Part shown: piece after piece, positions 45,701 to 56,250 of the stretch
How positions within the stretch are numbered: position 1 is the first letter of the stretch
Layout: the number at the start of each line of letters is the position of its first letter
Source: Catajapyx aquilonaris
Taxonomy: Eukaryota
Reading direction: 5' to 3'
Assembly (NCBI GenBank): GCA_000934665.2
Contig: KZ538013.1
Location: 124,001 to 180,250 of the forward strand
DNA length: 56,250 nt
Position numbers and translations under genes: made by a program
The notes under the pieces: generated by a model
What the model was told of the DNA's origin: nothing
Databases searched by the model: none
The model's input: the letters and a program-made list of their open reading frames with translations, nothing else

Positions 45701-48700
45701 AGTCTGGCTGCAAATGTCTCACCTTCGTCAGCTTCACGAAACTCCTCCTTTGTCAGACCCTCTGCAATCTCAGGACCAGCCTCACTATGATTCAGGGATG
45801 CCACGAAGTCATTAGCTTCACCCTTGAGTAGCAAGAAAAGAAAAGTCAGGATCCAATAGGCAATCAGCAGCACAACAATGAAAAGCACACAGGTTCATTT
45901 CTCTCTTGCACGTGACCACTTTTTCTCAATTGGGGGTGCAATGAAAATAATTTCAAAACAACTCACATACCAAACAAGATAAATAAATGAAGCATTCAAA
46001 ATACAACCTGTTCTCTTTTTTTCCAAGCCAATATAAGCTCAAACAAAAGCAAATGGTGGCAATATGCAAAAAAATCAACTCAAAAATAATTCCAGACTGC
46101 CAATCGAACAAGTGATAAGTGAAAGGAATATTAGGGAAATAGGAAAAGACAATTTATTTGCGCGCGTTTTGTCAAACAGCCTTTGGGCTGCCTTACCTGC
46201 AGAAAGGGAGGGCATGAGAGAGGGTACAGACACCCACTATGAAGCCATTGTTCCGTTTCCTGCAAATTATAGGCTCATTACGTACAAAAAAATTCACAGA
46301 GTGGTCCCAAAACGCCACTTTTTAAAAGTCACGTAAATTCTAATGCAAATGTTCATAAATCTCTGGCACTGTTGTTGCATACGGAGTCAAGTATTAATCA
46401 CAGTATTGAGGCACATAAATGACAAATTCCCATTTGCATTAACAAAGGAGGGACACACAAACTGATGTTGCTATGCCACCAGGCAATATATTCTCAGTGC
46501 AGGTAGTTCCTGACCATTATGAGATTTGAATGTTACACGCAGATTTTTCCTTATTGTGTGTTGTGAAAAAGTGGACTTGAAAGTCATGCATATGCAATAA
46601 ATTTGCCTCAAAAGGGACTGGAAGTCTTCAGTGCTATTTTAAATTTTCTATCACTGGCAGATAATGCTCCATTTTGAAGTGGCATAATTCTCACTAAATG
46701 GATGGACTATGGACTGCTATTAGCAGAGTGAGTATCCCTTCAGTGGGGTTACTGTAAGGCACAACCAGTAGCATAAAATACCCGGGTAATTAACCATCAC
46801 CCTGAAATCAACACTGTAATTGATTTGCAGCTTGGGTGTATAAATTAGGCAAAATATCCCGAATCCAATGATGCAATATTTTAAAAAATCAAAACTGAAT
46901 GGTAATCCTCATGCAAGAAAGTTGGCCCAGAAGCATTACCTGCTGCAGACCCAGTATTGTATGTAAGCAGCCTTTAATTGATGAAATGTTGAAAATAATT
47001 GTTGACATGAAGTTCAGATGCTGCTGTTTTACAAGGGCACCTCAGATGAGGAGACAACCCAGATCACCACCATAGATGAATTTTTTACAAATGCAACCGA
47101 GTGTGCATCCACACTTGCGCAAGTCCGTTGTTCCAATAACAACGTTGCTACAGTTACTCCTCAGGTAGCCTCTACGGTTTCGTTCCAGAGCCTTGGCAAC
47201 ATTGCAAAAGTTGACCATATTGTTACCCCCTCAATCTTAGTGTTGGAAACAATTTACGCGAACTGTGTTGCACACTTGGTTGCACTCTATCACCTCCTGT
47301 GGGAATTTATAATTCTAGTCCCCGTTATTGTTGTATGTCCAGAGAAGTATATAAAGAGCCTTTTCGATTGCCAATCAATGTGAACCATTATCAGTCTTTA
47401 CGTTACAGCCTTTCCCTTGGTGAATAATTTTTCGCGTCCATATTACATTGCTTAAGAAGACAAAATTGATAAAAAAAATAATTACTTTGAGCAACATCTT
47501 AAAACAAAAATTACACACTTGTAGGAAATTCAATAATGCAACTTTACTCTATAACAGTCACTGACCTGCCCATGTTCTAAATTCATCCCCCTGTTTGCAT
47601 TCTTGGTCCTTGGAGGTGGTGATGGCCCACCTTTCCCGATCTTGGCCTCCATGCTGTTGAGCCTTCTCTTTGGGGATGGATTGGCCTCCCTTCTCTCTGG
47701 AGACAGACCCTTTGATCCTCCTCTGTTTGGTGACCGACTCAATTTGTTTCTTGACTGGAAAGGGTTCACGTTCTCATCAAGTCTGGCAGTTGCATTGTTC
47801 GGTGGAGTGCTTTCATTTCCCTCTTCATCTGCCATTTCAGGCTTCATGGGATCATCAGACGGTGGCGGGGTGCCTTCTGGTGATGACTCCTGCTGGGAGA
47901 AGGCGCTGATTATGCGGGCAGCGTCACAAGCAAACTGATCAAAGAGGTCCACAGGTGCAAGAAGGTGGTCACCCTCTCCGTGATGCACAAGACGACTCAC
48001 TGATTGGCTGGGTGATGTACTGTCTGATTTGTTCTTTACTTCTGTGATAGGCTCTGGTCTTGTAATGTCCTCAGGACAATTTAGATCAACTTCAAGCTTG
48101 CCTTCAGAATCAAAGTCAGCCTCTGTACCTTGTCTAGGCTCAAGCTCCAAGTCAGCGTCCTTTATGGCAACCTTAGGATTGACCTTGGCCTCTTGGTCAA
48201 CCTCTGGAATGACCTTGGATTTTAGGCACACCTGGGAAGACTTAACATCCTCATCATTGAGTTCTAGTTCTTGAATAACACTTTTGGTATTTTCTAATGT
48301 GGAACATTTTTCTGGCAATTCCTCAAATGCAATCTCAGGCTTGACACTTTGAGGAGAATCACAAGATGAATCAACCTGTGGCTCAGTCAATTCTTCAAAT
48401 TCTGAGTCACAAACTTTGCCTCCGTCAACTTCTTCTGTAACTTTTATCCCAGTGAGTTTGGCTTCGATGTTTGAATCTTCACGGAGAAAATCATCTACTT
48501 CAACTTTGGTCTTTAAGCATTCAACAACCTCTGCAGTGTCCTCTGCCTTGGACTGTTCCTTCACCTCAACTACAACATCTGGTTGATCTTCAGCCTTGTC
48601 AAATGTTGTATTTAGCACCTGAGACTTCTTTGCCTTCTCAAATGTGGTGTTATGAATGTGCCGTCCTAAGGGTGGTGGGGGTGCTTTTTTGGCTGAAGAA

Positions 48701-51700
48701 ATCGACTGGAATGGGTTGAAGCCAGGATCATCCAAAAAGTCCAAGTTGTACCCTTTGCTCTTTGGGATGGGAACCTCGTCATAAATTCCAGTTTCCTTTG
48801 GTTGTGCCTTTTCAGATATGCTCTCACTCAGAGACTGAGCTGATGCATACTCACTGATGGATATATTCTCACTCACTGAAACATTCTCACTGACTGATAC
48901 ATCAGCACGTGATGACAAATCCTCTTCAGGTTCAGTGGAATTACACTGATCAACAACCACAGTCAAATTACTCAGTGAATCTACTTGGCACCCATGCTCT
49001 TCTTTCTCGTGGTAAACAACAGCAACAGACTCCTCTTCTTCGGTGTGGGCAACAGTGACTTCTTTATCCTCAGCTGGAATGGGGCTGAAGTCGTCAGGTA
49101 GGTTGTCACTAAGCGGGTCAGTCTCAACAGCACTCTCGTAGTCAGTTGTGGTGTCTGTGTCTGAGAAGGTGAAAGAGAAGTTCAAAATTAACTGCTTCTT
49201 TAACAAATTGCTGTATTACACATTATAATACCATAGAAATACAGGGAGACTTCCACATCAGAACCAGATGCCAGGTAATACTTCAAATTTTACCAAGTAT
49301 CAGGATTCCCTGCTTTCCTTTTCATAACAATAATAATATACTGCCCTCTGAGTGATAGATATTTACCATACTCCTTTACACCACAAGCAGTGATGACAAT
49401 GAAGCCCCAAAAAATTTCTTTTTGCATGCATGAAAATCATGCTACATTCCCTACACCCATTATTACTAAGCTTTAAAAACCTACCAGTGTCAACCAGGGA
49501 GTGCCTCCGCTTGCAGACAAACTCAGGCTGCAGCAGAAGATCCGGTAACAGTGAAGACGCGGGGCCACCGTCGACGGTGGTGAAACTGTCGTCGGAGAGA
49601 TAGGTGTTGCCAACTCCAAACAAGGAGTCAGATTCCACCTGGTGCTTCAGGGCAGTGCACAAGCTAAAAACCCAAATGGGATGGGCAGGAAGGATGCAGG
49701 CAGGTGCATGTAAAGGTAACTCAATCAATAAGCAAGAGGTTCAAATCATAAACCAAAGTTTCGGAATGAGTTTACCAAACTAAACAAAAATTAGGGTGTC
49801 ATATGATAAAAACATAATCCTATTTTTCCTGTGAGGGTTGAGCTACATCTTAGACCAATACATTGTTTGTCATTTTAAAACACAAATTAGGCAATTTTAC
49901 ATTTCTTATTAATGTATGCTTTGAGAGCGTTCAATTCCAGTGCTTCCACTGCAGAAAATATTGCATATTGATGTAACCAAACTGACAACAGGAAAATTTG
50001 TGCAGGGGGTGTGTGAGCACTCACGGCAGTGAAACATACATCACACGTTCTGCTACACTATTTACTAATTTTAACAATTATACTGTGCATAAAACATATG
50101 CCTATGGCAGTTCCTGACTGACCTGTGCTGCGGAACCGCCTCCACGATCTCTTCCACAAACTCCCGTGCCAGCAAAAAGTACTGTTCGTGGTCAATTTTG
50201 GTGATAACTGATGTCCGCTCCTCCCACTCGTCGTCAGTTGTTGATGAGGGTGATGCTGCAACAATGGTAGTCCCAGCAAATGACTGATTGTATGGGGTTG
50301 TTGAAGAGAAGCTGGATTTGTCTGGAGAACCCTCCTGCAAAAATGCATTGGGTCACACTGATGCAGAAATCCTTGCACATGAGAATAAATTTTAAAAGAC
50401 AGAATATTTTAAGACCATTATAATGTAGAACAACATGCCTAAGGGCCGGTTTCACCGAGCTCAGTATATGATAAAACCAGGGTATTTCTCAAAATCCCTA
50501 TCTATTTGTATGGATTTTCCTAAAGAAACCTGGTTTTATCATATACCAAGCTCGGTGAAACCGGTCCTAAGTGAGTCAGTGTTCTGAGCCTAACAGAGAA
50601 CGAAGTGTTTCATCGTCATGAATTCATCATGATATTTCTACTCTGTTCCTCCACACCAAAATTGACTTCTACCATTGGTGCTACAACTTCCAAATTGCAT
50701 GCTAAAAGGTTCTTTCTACATCTCACCCATCCCCTCCTGAAAGGCACCACATCCTCACACTGTCACTGCAGATATGTGTTACATTTTATGTCCATGACTT
50801 TACCTCAAGCTCAGAACAGACTAACCCACACATAGTGACATCACCTTGTACGGAAATTTTCCTGCAGGAAACTATTCAAATCCTTTTATAAATAATGCCC
50901 TACTGATTTATAAAACCTAATACACAAAATTAAAACTCCCCATAAAAGCATAAATTCGATTATGCAACCTTCTTTGTAACTGTGCCAAATAGAAGCCTTG
51001 TGAACATGCCAAAATACATCCAACATTTTCTGACAGCTATTATTTTGCATTTAACAGACCTCCATAATTGCACTCGCAACTACAGATGGGCTCACTGGGG
51101 ATGACTCTCGGGTCCCCTTGATAAGTTTTCGGAAAAAATTCATCGCTCCAACCTCAGAGTCACACTTCTGCATGTGACATGCAACTTTCTAACTGCAGCA
51201 CAGATGGTTATGACGTTTCAAGGGAGGAACACACCACTACTGGCTAAAAATATTCTTCCCCACCTCTCTCAGAACTACATCTAGGTTGCCTAATATTGGC
51301 TGCTGGCCCAATGCAAAAAAAAAAAAAAAGGGAGGTGAAGGGGGAGGGGGAGAGAGTATGACTTTGTGGCAAGAAGGAAGAGGTAGGTGTGACCGGGCAT
51401 AAAGTAATGCACATTATTTATGCCAAACAGTCGGAAGGTCAACAACCGGATAAATGCTTGTCAGGAAGATTGTGGAAATGCATGTGACAATAATTGACAC
51501 AATTTTGTACTAGGATAATGATAGCTCGCAATTTGACAAATTTCAATAAAACTTATGCCTAATTGCTTTTGCAGTGCCACATCTTGCCTCCTTCCTTACT
51601 GTCTTGCCTCCTTCCTTACTGTCAATGGTGAAGCGATATTGACCTTCCAGAACATTTACTCTAAATTCTCACTGCTGTCTTTCTGCAAAATACCACAACC

Positions 51701-54700
51701 TAAAATGTAAACACCAGGAGGCCAGACACCCTGACACACATTCTTGCCCAATGTTGTTTTAAATGCACTTCACCATGTGAAAAGTTCTGTTGGTGCAACT
51801 ACCAACTGGCAACGATGTCCCGCCCCTGATAAGCCCTTATCTCCATGCACCACGTAAGTGCCATCACTCAACACCACCCAAGCCCCTTCACATGCAATCA
51901 CACCTTGCCTTGTTTATCCTCTTTTTTTTCTCTCTCTCTTCTTTTTCTTTGAATTGTGGTCCTTATCAGGAAGGAAGTTGATAAGTGCAGCTCAGTTGCC
52001 AGGTCTGCTTGGCAGAACGCCAGCTCAATTTACCTTTCCCCATGGAATGTTTACTGTGTCGGCAGTGTCTCCCTAACGTCAGCACTGGTTCCTTTGACGG
52101 TCTTTTTCGGAGGGATGGTATGAAACGACGTAAGCGTGGGGCGCTGTTGCCAGATTCCCGCCCAAAAACCTATCGACCCATCGGGAGATGCCCGTATTTT
52201 AAAGGGGAAGTGATGAAAGGATGGGTGAAGGAGGGGGAAGAGGAAGAGAAATTTGCTGTCTTTTTTCCCAACAATTTTCATAACTGCAGGAAGTGACACA
52301 TTTGTCACTTTCCGCACCCTCTTTTGGTGCCGACGCGGCTCCCTTGAGAGTGCATTTCCAGATGGTTTATCCCTACCAGTAATAGTCGCCAGTGATTTGT
52401 CACGGTTAGGGGACACCCTCTGTCACAACTGCCTGTTGACAACGCACGTGACTGCGTAGTCGGCACAAGAATGAGCTAAAATTTAACTGCTGGCTCCTGG
52501 CCAGACCATGTGTTGCTGCGCACTCTTTAACGGTGTTTACAAACTGTTACTGTGGCTTGGTGCACCATGGCATTGAGCATGGTGCACCACATGCCAAACT
52601 TATAAGCCAAGGATTTATCTATCCCATGTGACTGATCCAGTAAAAAATTAGCTGTACAGGGCTCTAATTACATCAAACTGAATCAAGGCCATGCTTACCT
52701 TCACAACATTTTTCCCTGCAAAATTCCCCATACTTCAACCCACACCGAGGCAAAGTTGTGGCATTTGCACTGTGCACATGCACTCACATCCCGCACCACC
52801 AGCCATTCCTGCTTGTACTGTCATGAAAATTGTCAATACCACCCAGTCCCAGTTGCAGGCTCCTCTGCAGCATTTCCCCCACCCACTCCCATTCACCCCC
52901 TTGCAAACTGTAACCTCACACCTGAGTTCCTGAACACCAATTGAAGCATAAAATACCTTATCTCACTCTGAGCACAACTCAGAATCTGATATAAATGTGG
53001 CTCATGCTCTGTGGGCAAGGTCCAATTTCATGGCATCGAGTTGCATTAGAGTGCATTGACAGCACATTTTGCATTAATTTATGCAGGTAATCGTGGAGTC
53101 TATTCATGAGCGATAGCGCTAACAGGTTAATATTATCCTACCTGATTTCATTTCAATAACTGGACATGAGGTGCAGGAGCCTGCAGCAGATCAATACCTA
53201 GAGCAGATGCTCTGTTTTCCAAATACCGTTCTATTGGGACACATTATTGGCACTGTGAGAAATCACTATCCACTGTTTTAGAAATCTGGCTTACCCAATT
53301 AGAGGCACTGGATTGACATGCATTGTAACAGGATTGGAAAAACCATTACGTGTGTCTACATTGAGCAAAATCAAGTTCAAATCTAACTCGAGGTTTTTCC
53401 CCCGGTCCTTTGGAGATGCGATCTACAAATGTTTCACTCTATGTGCACAATTAGACCCTTCTGGCCTACTTACGAGCCTAGGAGCACTACACATTTTGAA
53501 AAAAATATTAGATGGCTGTTGGTTAATAATACCAACTCATAAGCATTCCTTGCAAGACATTGCCCTAGTAACTTTCTATAAGCATTCTAAAACTAGAAAA
53601 ATGGTTAATTTGGTAAATTGCATTTCTGACCTCAGGAATCAGATTCTGCACTATCAGAACGGATGAGAGTGGATGAAAAGTTTCTGAGCCAGTGGATACA
53701 GCAAATGCAAAAAAATATATATTCCAATTTTCGGTCTCACCCGAGTTATTGACCATCCTATTGCTGAGTCTATCAAGGGATATCGTAATTCAAGATATGC
53801 ATATCATGACAATTGCTGTATCTGTCAGGTCTCATAAACCCCAGTAGTGTGAGTTTATTTGGTGACAGGTTATCCTTATGCGCTTATCTAGATTGTGGTT
53901 GTTTAGGATTTACCAAGTTATTTTTTATTTATGTAACAGAATGTGTCTGTTTATACATGTCACATTATTTTACAACCCACATTTGTTAATGAATGTCAGT
54001 CTCCTTCATCGCAACCATTAAATAGGGAAATGTCTAGTTGTTATTGCACATTTTTCTATTCCCTGGTCACAATTTTTACACACACAAAATCTGCAAAAAT
54101 AATTTCGGTTCCAAATACCATACAATTTTTCTACTACTTAGGAAAATTCATTTCATTTCATAACTATGACAAGGTCTTGAAATAAGTGCGTCAGTAATTG
54201 CAAGAATTGGGGAAAGTAATCAATAATGGGTATGGCAATGGCATGCTGTTGCCTTATTATTGTTACAACATAAAATCACAAGCCATGTTGCCCATGTCTA
54301 AACAGCACTTTTATGCATTTCAGTTTTCAATGCGCGCCCCCCCCCCCCCCCTCCCCCCCCCCCCACTTCCNTATTCCATAATAAAAATATTCAGTATTAG
54401 ACAACATCTGCTGTCATATTGCAGCTGCAATAAAATTTCACTGACAATAAGTTGGTCCCAAGCTTTCATTTATTAAAGTTAAGCTGTCAATCCACTTAAA
54501 ATCCTGAATGTTCAATACAAACTAAATAGTGGACTGTACGTACCACTTGAAAATTCCTAGCACCAATCATCTCTGCATTCCAACCACCTGTGTTCACAAT
54601 CTCAGTGCACTTGACTTCTCAATAAATCAGAAGCCCACTCAGCTGACCTTTTTGTTACGCCCAAGACAGGGAGTAAGGATAATGGGAGTGGGCAGGAGGT

Positions 54701-54990
54701 TTTGATAGGTTGATGCCCTTGAGTGGCATTATTTGAATCCCTCTCATCAAGGTTGGCATGAGTTCCCTAGCCCAAACAACACTATATTCACATGTAGGTG
54801 TGACAAAGCACTCACCTTTCCAGGTGTGGTGGCCCACTCGTTTTTCTCTCTCAGGACAAATCTCTGCAGGGAAGGGTCTGACTCGCCTGCTATCAGAAAT
54901 GCCTTTGCAGGAGTAGAACTTTTGGGCGGGCTGCCTTGAACTAGTGGAGGCACGTTCTCATCCCCTGAGTCACCATGGGATGAAATGGAC
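38967..54990 (-). CDS. TACC: Transforming acidic coiled-coil (TACC) family protein; first coding exon(s) not identified
   Basis: C-terminal TACC coiled coil (KKAEMKVSSLELSLDQKTKENQELAAICDELINKVGS), RESLYVKFDPL motif, SDP-like GYNLDFLDDPGFNPF and N-terminal DENVPP. Frame-consistent exons: 54990-54816, 50334-50123, 49663-49485, 49160-47566, 45822-45723, 45500-45314, 42157-42076, 40653-40349, 39942-39781, 39720-39571, 39150-38967. Confidence 0.9.
40050..40092. repeat. (CAA)n microsatellite
   Basis: About 14 CAA units after C and A homopolymers. Confidence 0.9.
41188..41915. mobile_element. Degenerate Tigger/mariner-like non-autonomous element
   Basis: GTGAAACCTCGAT.CATCAT is inverted relative to ATGATATATCGAGGTTTCACTG; TSD not clean. 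Confidence 0.45.
42407..42711 (+). mobile_element. tRNA-derived SINE with V-domain-like core and (TTA)n tail
   Basis: A box TGGCGGAGTGG, B box GAGTTCGATCCC, central GTTCTCTCCGTGTTCGAGTGGGTTTTCTCTGGGTTCTCCCATTTCCTCCCACA resembling the V-SINE conserved domain; (TTA)n tail at about 42660-42710. Confidence 0.85.
43525..43609. repeat. Imperfect 41-bp tandem duplication
   Basis: TCACAAGTTATTA.A.TATT.AACAGCAAG.A.AATGACA present twice. Confidence 0.7.
44860..45248. mobile_element. Kolobok-like MITE with about 135-bp TIRs
   Basis: TTAA flanks (44856-44859, 45249-45252), GG...CC termini, long near-identical inverted arms beginning GGGTGGGATAAAGGTCCC. Confidence 0.85.
50443..50567. mobile_element. PIF/Harbinger (Tourist-like) MITE
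   Basis: TAA TSD at 50440-50442 and 50568-50570; about 39-bp TIRs GG(G/A)CCGGTTTCACCGAGCT..GTATATGATAAAACCAGG. Confidence 0.85.
51582..51623. repeat. 20-bp tandem duplication
   Basis: TCTTGCCTCCTTCCTTACTG present twice. Confidence 0.85.
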
Positions 54991-55198
54991 CTGCAAGGAG
55001 AGATCACATTTTCATCTTCACTTGACTGCTACAAGCACTCCCTCATTAGCAGAAGTGAAAACTGAACCAGCCTGAATCACGAAAGCAATACCAAAAAGTC
55101 AAAAATATTTGTGCTTCCATATCAAACCATAAAACTTTTTCCTATCAAAATTCTTGAATCTTGCAAGTCACAGCCATAATATCTACTACCGTGGTATA

Positions 55199-55540
55199 TG
55201 TAGGGGAGACGAAGTGGCACTGCGGTAATGTATGCGCCCACGGATGTTACGGTCCCGGGCTCGATCCCATCCCGGGGTTCCCCCCTTCACCTCGTGCAGA
55301 GTTGGGTCGTCTCTGGCTTCGTCTCGGGTGGAATTTCCGACAGACTAATCCACCCGGGGGAGTTCACAAAATGTACCACTATTGAGACATTGCACTTGCA
55401 CTTTGCACATCCCCTCCTGTCATCCCCTATCGCTCGCGGTACCCGGGCATTATGGAAAAGGACCAAAAATGTAGCTGTACACCTAAAAGCAAATAAAGGT
55501 ACCATCCCAGATGCCCATCAATGGGCGGTGCACTAACCAC

Positions 55541-55606
<66 letters not shown>

Positions 55607-55633
55607 TACTACTACTACTACTACTATTACTAA
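55199..55633 (+). mobile_element. tRNA-derived SINE with (TAT/TAC)n tail and 9-bp TSD
   Basis: A-box-like TGGCACTGCGG (about 55215), B-box-like GGCTCGATCCC (about 55258), microsatellite tail at about 55540-55632, CGTGGTATA at 55190-55198 and 55634-55642. Confidence 0.8.
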
Positions 55634-56250
55634 CGTGGTATACCTCCAAGTAAACATTTCACTTGACTCAAAGCTTGGGTCTACCTGTTGGTAGCTGGTT
55701 CACTTACTCACTTGACATTAGTGGCATTCCCATCAAAACCTTGTGTACAATAGGCGCTACTATCAACACTGTAGTGTAGTTGGCATAGAGACACTTGTGT
55801 GGTTTTTTAAAATCCCCCCCCCACCCCCCCCCAAACNAGCTACTGTTGTTTCTCTATTACTTGGCATAGAGAAGGCCACAATGGCTACCTTTACCAAAGA
55901 GTTCTGCTATAATATATAATATACCTAGAGGAAGCACTCCCTATCCTTTCCTATTTGCCAGGCTGAAGCAGCCGCCAACTTTACTCAGGTAATATTGTTG
56001 TCCTAGCAGTTGTCTAGCAACAGGGACAACAACCAATAATGACAACACTGGGACAAACAATGAGTCCAATAATGTTATCTTTAAATATTAATATTTAATA
56101 TTGTTGCCTGCATCACATTTCACCCCGAGCAGACCCCGAGTGCTCTCTCTAGGCAGGGAGCATATACTACATAAGAGGCGCAAACATTCGATTTTTTTCG
56201 TCTCTCTGTTTATGGCGTTGTCAAGGCTGGCGGCCATCTTGACGTGTGTG

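Noticed and set aside
50574..50632. Short C/D-like segment with partial 18S complementarity in a TACC intron
   Set aside because: Only about 55 nt, no terminal stem or D'/C' pair, needs a wobble pair and abuts a MITE.
56120..56240. AAGATGGCCGCC (YY1-like/start context) as the TACC first coding exon
   Set aside because: No phase-2 donor was found in that frame to join exon 54990; may be promoter or UTR, but unsupported at the window edge.

Overview
Eukaryotic, most likely arthropod, genomic DNA with spliced genes. Four multi-exon minus-strand genes can be reconstructed by hand with frame-consistent splice sites: VPS13B (5' part, runs off the left edge), RNA polymerase II subunit RPB2 (complete), a Tret1-like MFS sugar transporter (complete) and a TACC-family protein (first coding exon not found). 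Between VPS13B and RPB2 is an intronless plus-strand ORF of 413 aa that I do not recognise. It is built almost entirely from a 29-residue Ala/Met/Thr-rich helical repeat and lies head-to-head with VPS13B. Two adjacent RPB2 introns, one of them a GC-AG intron, each carry a box C/D snoRNA candidate with the same 28S rRNA guide (SNORD92-type target). Introns and intergenic DNA contain many non-autonomous DNA transposons (Tc2, Tigger, piggyBac, hAT, PIF/Harbinger, Kolobok-like, a 31-bp P-like element), two tRNA-derived SINEs (one with a V-domain-like core), a nested near-perfect palindrome and a 69-bp minisatellite. All family assignments come from recall of conserved motifs; no searches were run.
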